Source: Octopus sinensis
Taxonomy: Eukaryota
Direction of reading: 5' to 3'
Assembly (NCBI RefSeq): GCF_006345805.1
Contig: NC_043002.1
Location: 8,122,001-8,186,000 of the forward strand
Length of the DNA stretch: 64,000 bases
The notes under the pieces are model-generated. The model was not told the DNA's origin. It worked only from the letters and a program-made list of their open reading frames with translations, and did no database searches. This document shows positions 11,110 to 24,134 of this stretch, in pieces (position 1 is the stretch's first letter; every line of letters starts with the position of its first letter). Made by a program: the position numbers and the translations under genes.

Positions 11110-13620
11110 TAATAATAATAATAATAATAATTGTGTACAGTGCTCAGGTGCACTACAACTCATCTAAAGTGTATATATAATCAGGTGTAGTTTCGACGGA
11201 TTTCGGGAAGCATGAGGGCCTTAAAGGATGCAGTGTCATGGCAGTCAACAACTGATGCAGGCAGTTTATTCCACGCTTCAGCAACCCTGAGCGTGAAAAA
11301 ATGTTTCCGAAAGTCATGGGAGCTGTGCTGTTTTCTGACTTTGTAGGCATGTCCACGTGTGTTAGACACATGGAGATCAAAAAGGTGTTCAATGTTGTTG
11401 TTGGTGAGGTGGTTGATAACCTTGTGGGTGTTTACCAAGTCCGTCGCCAGACGCCGGAGCTTCAGTGAATCCATGCCCAGGGAAACAAGGCGCTCAGAAT
11501 ATGGTAGGTGTCTGATGGAGGGTATGCGTTTGGTTGCACGTCTCTGGACAGATTCCAGGAGGTCAATGTTCTGAGCAAGATAGGGATTCCAAACTGATGA
11601 TGCGAATTCCAAGTGTGGTCGTACCATAGCTGTATACAGTTTTTAATAGATGGCTGGAGAGCGGCTAACAAAAGTCTTGCTGAGTGATGCCAAGACACCC
11701 TCGGCCTTCTTGACAATTTTAGAGATATGCTTTGTCCAACGCAAATCACTGCTGACAGTGATGCCTAGGTCACGCTCGCAAGAGGATTTCTTGATATCAG
11801 TGTTGTGGAGGGAGTATGTGGACGCAGGGTTTTTTCTCCCAAAATGCATGGTGGTACACTTGTCCACAGCCAGTTTCAGTTGCCAGTCTGTGATCCATTG
11901 CTGCATTGTGTCTAGGTCTGATTGCAGGAAAGAGTTGTAGACATCAGGATCAGTCCTCTGATTTCAAGGTACAGCTTGATGTCGTCTGCATATTTCAATA
12001 CTGTGGCATTCTTTAAATTGGCATCTATGTCATTAATGTATGCCACAAACAGGAGGGGACCAAGGACAGATCCCTGTGGTACACCCGATGACATCTCATA
12101 TGGTGTAGAGTGCTGTCCTAGAACTGTGACTACCTCCTTTCGGCTGAGGATGAAGGATTTCAACCAGTTAAAAAGGTCATCCCCCACACCCATTGCAGAG
12201 AGTTTCACCATAAGCTTTTTGTGTGGCACAGAGTTGAAAGCCTTAGCAAAGTGAAGGTAGACAACATCCACCCATGAGCCACTGTCAGTGATCTAAGTAA
12301 TGTCCTCAAGGAACTCGACAAGCTGGTCACTGCAGCTGGAGTTAGGGACAAATCCATATTGTGAGGGTCGGATGAGACTGTGAGAGCTCCAGAAGTTCCA
12401 GAGAGTTTCTCTGACACACGATTCCATCAGTTTTGCAATACAGCTAGTGAGACTGACTGGGCGATAGTTGACAGGTGATGTGCGGTCACCCTTTTTGAAC
12501 AGAGGAATGACACTGGCAGTTTTCCACTGCTCCGGAGTAGCACCATTGTTGAGACAGTACTGGAAGAAAATAGAAAGCTGGTGTAAAAGGAAGTGCCTGC
12601 CACGTTTGAGAAGCAGGTATGTAACTCCATCGAGACCAGGGGAGGCATAGTTGCGCTTATTTTGAAGGTGACGTCGCAGCATTGCAGGTGTAAATTCCAT
12701 AGTTGTTATGGAGTTTGCTGTTAGTGATGGTGAAGATGGTACATTTTGACTTTCGACAGTGAATATGTTTGCATAGCACTCGGCAATGAGTTCTGCGCAT
12801 TCCTTGGGGTCGTCAGTGATCTGGTTCGTGTGAGGGTTGCGAAGAGGGCCCACTGGAGAGTGAGGTCTCTGCTTTGAATGCACATATTTCCAGAAAACCT
12901 TGCTGTCAGGATTGGCTGCTATGCACTGTTAAAATTCAAGCACTGCATTTTTTGTCACTTGCTTGAGATGGTTGGAGGATTTATTCCGCTTCTTCCTGTT
13001 GGTGTCTGATTTATGCAACTTGTATTCCTGTTCAGCAGTCCGACGTTCCTTCCTGGCAGTCGGACCGCTGAAGTTTCCCAAATTGCCCTTTTGGGGCGGT
13101 TCTTCTTTTTTTGTTTACGTGGCACTGATGCTGCACATGCTGCCCATATTGAGTCCAGGATACTCTGGAGTATAGTATTCACATCTCCAGAGTTGTAGAA
13201 TTCACGCCAGTTTGGGTGCTGTAGTTCAGTGTGGTACAGGTTCCAATCTGCTCTCTTCCAATCGAAGGAAGCAGATTGGAGATGGTTCAGGTGTTTGTTG
13301 CCCGCAAGAGCCAGATTGGCGATGATCATAGCATGATCAGAGTCACCTAGAGGTTCCTCCGTAGTGCAATTGATAACCGCTTCAGGAGTTGTGGTGAAGA
13401 GCAGGTCCAAGGTGTTGTCGCCTCTTGTTGGAGAGGTGACTACTTGTGACCAGTTTGAGTCCAGCACAAGCTCAACAAAATCGTTTGCACTCTGTGGCCA
13501 ACGGAAGGTTTCCCAATCGATCTCAGGATGATTGAAATCGCCTGCAATAAACACATAAGTGGCTGTTTTCCTGGCTGCAGCTCGGAGGATGTTGCAAAGC
13601 TGTGTGTCCTGATGACGTAG
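11110..13620 (-). mobile_element. CR1-type LINE (APE endonuclease C-terminus + RT + 3' end), few frameshifts
   Basis: AGDFNHPEIDW, PTRGDNTLDL, SDHAMI (APE); PGLDG, NYRPVSLTS, QYGF, AKAFNSVPH, SGVPQGSVLGPLLF, YADD (RT); (ATT)n tail at about 11111-11130. Confidence 0.92.
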
Positions 13621-15994
13621 CTTATGCTCAATAACTTTAATCTAGTAAACTATCATGATAAAGTATTTACATGCACAGGACCATACATTTCCCCCAATAA
13701 ACCACTTTGAAATGTCTTTCAATAAGCATTTAATAAAGCGTGCCAAATTTGCTCTTTCCCATTAAGTATACATATGCGAGCTGGCAGAAACGCTAGCACG
13801 CCGGGCAAAATGCTTAAGCCGTATATCTCGTCTGCCGTTACGTTCTGAGTTCAAATTCCGCCGAGGTCGACTTTGCCTTTCATCCTGTCGGGGTCGATAA
13901 ATAAAGTACCAGTTTCGCACTGGGGTCGATGTAATCTACTTAATCCGTTTGTCTGTCCTGTTTGTACCTTCTACGTTTAGCCCCTTGTGGGTAGTAAAGA
14001 AATAGGTATTTCGTATGTCTTTACGTTTTGAGTTCAAATTCCGCCGAGGTCGACTTTGACGTACAGATTATTTAGTTAATTTTTTTTAACTAAGCCGTAT
14101 ATCTCGTCTGCCGTTACGTTCTGAGTTCAAATTCTGCCGAGGTCGACTTTGCCTTTCATCCTTTCGGGGTCGATAAATAAAGTACCAGTTTCGCACTGGG
14201 ATCGATGTAATCGACTTAATCCGTTTGTCTGTCCTTGTTTTTCCCCTCTATGTTAGCCCCTTGTGGGTAGTAAAGAAATATATACTTATGCGAGAATGTG
14301 TCTTACACGCCCAAAAAATATATTTAATCTTTCTTTTCTTCACGAGACAACCTTCGTGTTTCTACATAATTTTTTCCTGCTTTTAATAGCGGCTAAATCT
14401 ACCTCAAATCCTGCTGTACCGCCTTGAAAAAAGGACACTGAATAACATAATCTTATCCCAGGTGCGCCTATAATTGCGCTTGGTTATTCGTCTATTCGTT
14501 CGTCTATTTCCTTCTTTTACTCTTTTACTTGTTTCAGTCATTTGACTGCGGCCATGCTGGAGCACCACCTTTAGTCGAGCAACTCGACCCCGGGACTTAT
14601 TCTTTTTGTAAGCCCAGTTCTTATTCTATCAGTATCTTTTTGCCGAACCGCTAAGTGACGGGGACGTAAACACACCAGCATCGGTTGTCAAGCAATGCTA
14701 GGGGGACAAACACACACACACAAGCAAACACACACACACATACACATATACATATATACATATATACGACAGGCTTCTTTCACTTTCCGTCTACCGAATC
14801 CACTCACAAGGCATTGGTCGGCCCGGGGCTATAGCAGAAGACACTTGCCCAAGATGCCACGCAGTGGGACTGAACCCGGAACCATGTGGCTGGTTAGCAA
14901 GCTACTTAGCACACAGCCACTCCTGCGCCTGTGACTAAACCAACAACAATTTAAGTAAATATTTTGCTCCTGATGCTCCTGTTGATATGGTAGGAGACCA
15001 CAAAGCACAAACTAAGTTGTCTTGGTGTTCTTGTATTTATAGCCTTCTTATATTCTAAGTTCTAAGTCCGTTCGGATCGACTTGGACTTGTTTTTTCCCC
15101 CATTTTTGTCAAGGACATAAATTCTTTGTAATGGTGGCTCGTACTATGTATGTGCGCAGGCATGCGTGTGTGCATGTGTGCATATATATGTGTGTGTGTG
15201 TGTGTAGCATTTATGCACAATGTATGTGTGTGTGTGCATGTGTGCATATATATGTGTGTGTGTGTAGCATTTATGCACAATGCATGTGTGTGTGCATGTG
15301 TGTGTGTGCATGTGTGTGTGTACATGTGTGTGTGTGCATGTATGTGTGTGCATGTGTGTGTGTCTGTAATCGCGCACGTATGCGTGTGTGCATGTGTGCA
15401 TATATATGTGTGTGTGTGTGTGTGTAGCATTTATGCACAATGTATGTGTGTGTATGTGTGTGCATGTGTGTGTGTCTGTAATCGCGCACGTATGCGTGTG
15501 TGCATGTGTGCATATATATGTGTGGTGTGTGTGTGTGTGTAGCATTTATGCACAATGTATGTGTGTGGGTGCATGTGTGTGTGCGTGTGTGTGTGTGTGT
15601 GTGCATGATCTGAAGCATTTGGGGTTATATTTATTTTCTTTTTTTTTTCTGTATCCTGAATTCTAGTTCTTTATAGTTTTCGTCAATCTCGTTGTTTCGC
15701 TTTTTCGTTGCTTTCGCTTTGAGGAATTTACTTCTTTTAGCTCCATCGTTCTTCTTCCAGTTATTCTCTATTCATACTCTTTACTCTCTTTTACTCTTTT
15801 ACTAGTTTCAGTCATTTGACTGCGGCCATGCTGGAGCACCGCCTTTAGTCGAGCACATCGATCCCGGGACTTATTCTTTGTAAGCCCAGTACTTATTCTA
15901 TCGGTCTCTTTTGCCGAACCGCTACGTGACGGGGACGTAAACACACCAGCATCGGTTGTCAAGCAATGCTAGGGGGACAAACACAGACACACAA

Positions 15995-16104
<110 letters not shown>

Positions 16105-16775
16105 TACGACAGGCTTCTTTCAGTTTCCGTCTACCAAATCCACTCACAAGGCATTGGTCGGCCCGGGGCTATAGCAGAAGACACTTGCCCAAGATGCCAT
16201 GCAGTGGGACTGAACCCGGAACCATGTGGTTGGTTAGCAAGCTACTTACCACACAGCCACTCCTATAATTTACCTTCTTAATTATAAAGTAGAAAGGAAC
16301 AACAATCGTATGAAACACGTATATGTTTTTCCCCTTTTCCCTTAGGAATACTGGCTTCTGCTACATTTTCTTGAGCATAAATGGTACTATTGTAAATGGA
16401 ATTGACATTGTTGGCATAATCTAAAATTTGTAATGGTATGAACCGAATTTTAACACCAATCGTTTAGGAATTTGCCACAGCTGTATCAGAAACGTTCTGC
16501 TAGTGTGTGTGTGTGTGTGTGTGTGTGTCTGTGTGTGTGTATGTGTGTGTGTCTGTCTGTGTCTGTGTCTGTATGTGTGTCTGTGTCTGTGTCTGTGTGT
16601 GTGTGTGTGTGCATGTGTGTGTGAGTGTGTGTATGTGTGTGTGCATGTGTGTGTGTGTATGTGTGTGTGAGTGTGAGTGTGTGTGTATGTGCGTGCGCGT
16701 GTGAGTGTGTGTGCGTGTGCGTGTGTGTGAGTGTGTGTGTGTGTGCGTGTTTTTGTGTGTGCGTATGTGTGCGTG

Positions 16776-16807
<32 letters not shown>

Positions 16808-16810
16808 CGC

Positions 16811-16843
<33 letters not shown>

Positions 16844-17930
16844 ATTTGATCGGCCGGAGCCAAAGATAATTGAAACTCTGAGTTCCATCAAGCGTCAACA
16901 CGTTTGAATCACGCTTGGATCAGCGATCAGTCATTTATTCAAACCGGTGATTCAAATGTATTACAAACGTGTCCACGCTTAATGAAACTCAGAGTTTGAG
17001 CCGTTTTATGTTCTGGTTTTCCGAATGACGATCAATTCATGTAATTAATTTTAATTAATTTACACACGCAGTGCCGGTTTAAATGTATTGTTTTATTCTC
17101 GTAACATCAGAAAGAAACACTGCAAACGCGTCAATAATTTATGAAATATTTGTCTGGATTGGAACCAACGTATCGCGGATGAATTTTCACAAAAATATTC
17201 GATACATAATAACATTTTGTTTTTAAAGAAGAAATTGGCCAGAAATATTTTGATCCACAAGATTTGTCAGTATGATGACTACGTAGTTGATATATTAGAG
17301 TTGTGATCCAAACTTTACCTCTTGCAAGACAAATTTTTTGCCTCAATGATATGTCTTGCTACAAAGAGCAAACCATGAAGCTGTAAATAACAAATTGCTC
17401 TAAAACAATTTTCTGTTAACGGTTGGAATTTGGAGAGACAGAGAGAAGAAATGCGTTAAAAACAAAACACAAAGATTGATAAATTTCATGCAAATATGAC
17501 GTCTTTTCAGTTGGCTTCAGAGTGACTCAGATTACCAAAGTGTAGCGGCATAATTTGAAGGAGGGGTTCGAAGGTGGAAGTAAAATATTAGCCATGCACA
17601 CCATTGATAAAATAACAACGACCTTGTACAATAAATTACAAAAACATACATGCGTACACTCACACATACATCATCACGAGCCGTTATCGTGATCGCTCGA
17701 CCTTGAAAGACATAGCAGCCAAACCACACCCTACCGACTTAAAAAAAAGAAAGACAGGTCGAATAATGCGGTCCTAGATATATTATAATAACTGAAAGAA
17801 AAGATGAGATGGTCACAGCTGGAAATATCTTGATCTCAGGTCTGCTCCATCAGGGGCTCAGCTAGAGCTAAACGACAGGCATAAATATATAAAAAGCACA
17901 CACCGTACAACAAGACTGTAGATTCAGCTC

Positions 17931-18345
17931 GGATCTTTTCGGTTTGAACGGCAGTTTTTAACATAATTTCTAGGTAACTAAAAATTTTTAAACTTTGTAT
18001 ACTGGTAGAATGTGTTTATAAAACATCTTTTTCTCTTGGCTTTATTGAGAAAATTCTATAGTTTGTAAGATATTTGTTTTTTTCTTCAATTTCTGCAATT
18101 TCAACCAATCACTGACGTCTATTGAGGTAAAAAAAAACATTCTGTGCCGTATGAATATGTCCCTCGTTTAAGAAACAGATTGGGTTTATTTACATTTCTG
18201 AAGGAAAAAAGATACCCTTCCCCCACCCCTAACCCTAACCCTAAAACAGATTGAAATGCAATAGACCGATACTAGGGTCATAATTATGGGTGACAATTTT
18301 ATATGACACCGCTAGAAACTACTGCCGTTCAAACCGAAAAGATCC
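17931..18345. mobile_element. MITE family M1 (about 400 bp; TIR GGATCTTTTCGGTTTGAACGGCAGT; 8-bp TSD), Merlin-like
   Basis: Copies and TSDs: 17931-18345 ttcagctc/ttcagctg; 33879-34275 agataaac/atataaac; 36322-36722 ctgttagg/ctattagg; 60092-60493 caggattg perfect; 60779-61175 ttactatg perfect; 58672-59055 lacks the right TIR. Confidence 0.9.
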
Positions 18346-18815
18346 TTCAGCTGCGCTAATCAGGACATATCCTACTCAAATGCTATTTCTAAAAGGCATT
18401 TTCGAGTAGTTAAGGTTCGATCCTAGAGCGCGGCATCATATGCTACCCAAGCCTTGTGAGTAAAACTAAGCAGATAAAAACTGTACTGTAGCTTGTCACA
18501 TCGATTAAGTTTGTAACACTAGGCTATGGGTTGCTAAGGATTTCGTTGGGAGTACAAGTGTCAGGGGAATGCTCAGAGTTATTTTAGCGAGTAAATAGTT
18601 CAGATTATCGAACTGTTGAACGTTCATCGTTGAAATTGACGGAGGACCCCTCAATTAAACACAATACATGACCGGTACATAATTTAATACATGTTTAGAG
18701 AGTAACACAAGATTTAAAATTCAAGCCTGCGCAAGACATACATTTGTGGCCAGACTTTACAGACTAGGTGACACACACACACGCACGCACACATATCTAT
18801 CTATCAATGTGCATG

Positions 18816-21800
18816 TGTGAATTAAGGCTGCAATTGGTTTCATGTTAAGAACAATAGAAAAATATCCTAGTGTCTTAACACATTTTCAAGCCGATCACAT
18901 GGAGAGAAGTGTTCACCTCCATTTTGGAACACACAGTCTCGTTTAGTTCACGGGTTTCTCACGAATTTATGTGAGCAAAACAATGAATCAATGAATCAAG
19001 GGACATTACTCTAGAGTGGCATCTCCCTTGGATTTACCCTTTGAACAAATTGTGTAGTCAATTTGTTTGCATTATTTTGTTTTTGTTCTGGGCATGGTGT
19101 TCTTATAGGTTGTTCGTCATTGGAGTATATATGTGTGGAGTTTGTATGCTATATGTGTTCTCGTTTAGGTTACCGTCGCAGATAGTGACTCTTTGAAATA
19201 TCTGAGTGTAAAATATTGTTTGTGTTTGCAAGGAAAGAAAGTTTCATTCCTAATTTTAGGATGCTATCTGTTGGTTGTATAATGCTTAATTTTTCAGTAA
19301 TACAGAGTTGACATTTGATACCCCGTCCTCTGTATTTTTTGGCTTTAGCAATAATTTTCCATTCTATCTGAGGCGAGGGTGCTTATTTCGCCTTCTTTCA
19401 ACGTCCATATCATATTTGACAGGGGTGTTACATGTCTTTTTTATATTTTTGTCTCTGAATGACGCCAGATGTTGTGTATACCTTTCCTTGAACGAGTTGC
19501 CCGTCATTCCGATATACGCCTTTGCTATTCTGTTGGGGTTCGTGATCTTAGCCTTGTATACGAGTTCTTTCTCGAGACAGTTGTTGTTTAGAGGACAGCG
19601 GTTTGGGGATCTACAGCTGCATTGTCTTTCTGGGGTGTTTCTGGCGTGTCTATACTTATTGTGATGAGTATTATTGACCTCATATTGGGGAGGAAACTAT
19701 AGCTAGCTTTAACAGTATTTCTGCTGAAGATCTTGTGGTATTTGTGTGAATGTGGAAAGTGGTTGTCTTTAAGAATTTCCTAGCTATGTTAGTAGCTACA
19801 TTCGTGCTATAAAGTGAATCATACGATTTTCCTCTGTCTGCGTCTTTATGGCCAATTTATATTTGGTCCAATGTAGTATGTGCTATTCTTGAAGTTGAAC
19901 CTTTCTAATGCAGCATTATAATATGGGGCGGATTTTTCAAAAGCGTCTTTGTCGGTGGATGAATTGGAGATGCGCCTGCTAATGTTGTTTGGCTTTAATT
20001 ACTGCTGGTGGATGGTTGGAACCTATGCTTATGTACTTGGCTTCCTAGATTTGGTTTGTAGTAGGATTTGAATTTTTCTGTGTTAAGATGCATGTTAATG
20101 TCTAGGAAATTGACTTCTTTAAGGTCTGTACTAATTGTGGTTCTTAGACCTAATTGGCTAAATATTTTGCATAATTTTTTCCTTATTCTATTCATATCAT
20201 GTCCGTTTTTATTGTATACTACTTCCGGTCCATCATCCCTATATAAACCTATGTTAGCTTCTTTTATTTCTTTTTTAAGGATATCTAGGGTATAAAGGCC
20301 TACAAAGATCAGCTTTCTCTGCACCGTCATAGCTGCGCATTGCCACGTCAAATAACTCGTCTCCATTCTTTTTAACCCAATAGGAATTATCATGAAAGAG
20401 TGATGAATTCCTTGCATTCATCATTATATCGATATCTGCATTTGTTATTCTCTTTTACTCTTTTACTTGTTTCAGTCATTTGACTGCGGCCATGCTGGAG
20501 CACCGCCTTTAGTCGAGCAAATCGACCCCGGGACTTATTCTTTGTAAGCCCAGTACTTATTCTATCGGTCTCTTTTGCCGAACCGCTAAGTGACGGGGAC
20601 GAAACACACCAGCATCGGTTGTCAAGCAATGCTAGGGGACAAACACAGACACAAACGCATATATATATATATATATACACATATATACGACAGGCTTCTT
20701 TCAGTTTCCGTCTACCAAATCCACTCACAAGGCATTGGTCGGCCCGGGGCTATAGCAAAAGACACTTGCCCAAGATGCCACGCAGTGGGACTGAACCCGG
20801 AACCATGTGGTTGGTTAGCAAGCTACTTACCACACAGCCACTCCTGCGCCTATATCTATATTTGTTATATGTTTTACAAAATTCAAGCGAGTGCCTTCTG
20901 AAGCAAGCTTCTGGAGATCGATGGTAGAACTCTACGATATCGAATTGTATAAATTTACATTTGGGATTATTTTTTTATCTTCTTAAACCATTTAATAGTT
21001 GCACTGCTGCATATTCATTGGGTAAGATTTGAGTGTGCTCCGATATGTCGTATAATGTTATCTAATATGGATTTACTAATAATTCCGATTTCGTTTTTTG
21101 TGGGATTTTGCGTGAAGTTATTTTTATGGTCCTCCAGAATTCTAAAAGGATTTCATGGGATAAGCTTTTCTACTTTGTCTTCTATTTTAAACTTTGTGGC
21201 TAAATTTTCGGTTTCTACATTAATTGGATTATAAATGGTAGGGTTCATTTTCTTATATATTTTAGTTATGTTGTTGGTTAGTAATTTGTTGTGCGTTTGG
21301 TTGTTTACTTCATAAATATTTTTGGGCTTTACCCGCTTTAATAAACATGTTCGTTGACGTTTTTAAAGGTTCGATGTATGTCTGTAATGTATGTTGGAAC
21401 TTGTTGGATTTTTAGTTGAATTTTACATTTCTAACTAACTCCATAAGATCGTCTTCAAATTTTTCTAGGTTTTTAACGTGTGGTGGGTTTTTATAAGATC
21501 TGAAACCGTTAATTATCCTCTGCATGAAGGCTTCACGTACCTTTATCGAAAAAAACAAACTTTCCATTTCAATCTCCTCAGAACATTTTCTGTTTTATCG
21601 ATAAGATGCTCGTCAAAGAAGAGCCACTATCTGCGACGGTAACCCTACCAGGATAGCCTCTTTCCTAAAGATGAACACACATAGCACACAAATTCCACAC
21701 ACAGAGAAATATGCCCCAATGACAAACTACCTCAGCACACAAGTATAAGAACACCATGCCCAGAACAAAAACAAAACAATGCAAACAAATTGACCACACA

Positions 21801-22010
21801 GCATTTTGTCCAAAAGACAAATCCCTTGATTCATTAAGTCACTGTTTTATTCACGTGAATTTGCGAGAACCCCCGTGAACTAAATGAAGCTGCGTTTTCC
21901 AAAATGGAGGCGAACACCTTCCTTCATGTGATCGGCTAGAAAACTTGTTAAGACACTAGGATACTTTCCTACTGTTCTTAACATGAAACCAAAGGTGGCC
22001 TTAATTCACA
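18816..22010 (-). mobile_element. Naiad-type Penelope-like element (RT + GIY-YIG) with inverted terminal repeats, decayed, interrupted by a SINE
   Basis: Stitched translation [109 protein letters not shown]. Segments 18816-19191 and 21621-22010 are reverse complements. Confidence 0.88.
20449..20850 (-). mobile_element. SINE A inserted into the Naiad RT coding region with a 17-bp TSD
   Basis: ATATCTGCATTTGTTAT (20432-20448) versus ATATCTATATTTGTTAT (20852-20868); Naiad RT motifs resume on both sides. Confidence 0.85.
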
Positions 22011-22699
22011 AATAAGGAAATTAATCTACCAATGCGGTGTTGAGTAATCATTTTCATTTTTCGATATTTACGCATATATATATAATTTATTTTATTATTT
22101 GATTGAACGCCACGCATTCGCGACTCTACTCTATACTGTTTTCTCCCCCATCTTTTTCTCTCTTCACCGTTTTCTATCAGTCTCTCTCCCCACTTTCTCT
22201 TTCTCTCTCTCTCTCGTTGCTCACACATGACCATCGTCCATCTTTCTTTTCCTTCGGGACTGTCCTAAGGACTGGACTTCTATCTTTTCTCTTTTCAAGG
22301 AAAATATTTCTCCAGCGTTCGCTATTTTACCCTCATTCTGGTCTAACGACCCACCATGTTTGTTTTCGTTCGGTTTCCTTGTATGTCTCCACCGTCCTGC
22401 TTTTGTTCCCAATTTTGACCCTCTATAAATCCCAAATTTTATTTTGGATACTGATGAGAGCAACTGTCTTCGAAAACTCTTATTGCCGTTCACATGCTCG
22501 AAATGAGGAGTAGATAGGCAGCCGACAACTGATGAAAGGTCATTCTTTATGTTACTTGTCCTGTTTTCCATTTGTTTCTCTCTTTGCTTGCGTATTGAAC
22601 TCATTTGTTTTTGTATTTCATGTTGTTTACTGTTGGTGACGTCCTGTACCTATATATGCATATGTAATTTTTTATTTTTAGTATATCTTTCCAAATTAA

Positions 22700-23520
22700 A
22701 GTTAAGGTTTATGACACATGTGTTCTGCCATCGTTATTGTATGGGGGTGAGGCATGAGTTGTTTGTCGTTGGTATTTGGGGTATTTGGAGTGATGTCGTC
22801 AATATTAACATCCTTGGGATGGATTGGAAAATGGCGATCGGTGAAGTGAAGGTGCTTGAGAGAGGTGATAGTGGGAGTGTAGAATCGATGATTCTGCGAG
22901 TGGTTTGAGGTGAGGTGGACATCTGCTGGGAGTGAGTGATGGACGACTTCCTGGGCAACTTTTGTATGGTGAGCTGGAGGATGGTAAGAAACCAGCACAT
23001 GGGCCCGAGGTGAGGTTCAAGAATTGTCTCGGAGTTGCTCTGGCGCGGACGGGAGTTTCGGATGTTGATTAGGAGACGGAAGCGCGGGACCGAAATGGAT
23101 GGAGGAGAAGAGTGCACGGTGGTTGTCCGAGGTTTGAGGGAGAGAGAATGAAACACGAGAGGATCAAGAGAAGGCTTAGAAAGAATGAACCTGTGGAAAA
23201 TGAGGGCGTGTTGCTTTTTATGTGTGTGATTTGTGGGAGGAAATGCAGGCCTGGTCAGCCATCAGAGAAATCACGGGAATCAATCCGTTGTGGATTGTGA
23301 TGCTGCTGTTGTTCACAACAGAACACTTGCAACCTGTTGAAGAGTGTGCCTTTCAGTTAGAGAATTCAAGAGGCATGTCGAGAGAATTGAAGGGTCACCT
23401 GTTCCCTCTGCCGGTTGGCACAACCGTGCATCATGCAATGAAGTGTGCGCATCTTTGGCCGGAGTCAAGAGTCTTGAAAGGGCTTCATATTGCATCATCA
23501 AGGATTCATTTCAATGATTC
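22700..23520 (-). other. Unidentified decayed coding-like sequence, possibly a PLE N-terminal region
   Basis: Overlapping S/L/H/P-rich open frames lying between two hammerhead-like motifs; no diagnostic motif recognised. Confidence 0.2.
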
Positions 23521-23584
23521 TTTCTATTAATGGCTTTGCTCGTATACGAGAAAGCAGTACAGAGGCCATGTGCCAACAGATTTT

Positions 23585-23647
23585 TGGGGTCTGACGATAC
23601 ACTGTAAAGCTAAGCGCTATATGGGCGTGAAACTCAGGGTAATCCCA
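23585..23647 (+). ncRNA. Minimal type-I hammerhead ribozyme candidate HH2
   Basis: UGGGGU-CUGACGA-[31-nt imperfect stem II]-GAAA-CUCAGG-GUA/-AUCCCA; canonical core, 6-bp stem I with one G.U pair. Confidence 0.65.
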
Positions 23648-23732
23648 TAGACCGGTCTTATCTATCTTTATATATATATATATATGGATTTATCTCTAAT
23701 TTTATATATATATATGGATTTATCTCTAATTT

Positions 23733-23797
<65 letters not shown>

Positions 23798-23801
23798 ATA
23801 T

Positions 23802-23855
<54 letters not shown>

Positions 23856-23870
23856 ATTATCTCTAATTTC

Positions 23871-23902
<32 letters not shown>

Positions 23903-24134
23903 TATATATATGAAATTAGAGATAAATCCACTATTTTGCAACTCAAATAGTGATAAACCAATACGTAAATAACCAATATATATATAATTTTTTTTAAATA
24001 TATAAGTTATAACTAGATCTCAAAAAGTATAAAATGAATGATAAATATATAATATATGTAAAAACACTACGTACGTTTCATGGCTACAATCAAATTCGAA
24101 TTACAATTAAGTTTAAATTCAATTGAAATAAATG

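Noticed and set aside
18825-18915. Hammerhead in the Naiad terminal repeat (CATGTGA...CATGAAAC)
   Set aside because: The core is not CUGANGA in either repeat copy, no convincing stem I was found, and the cleavage triplet is not NUH in the right copy.
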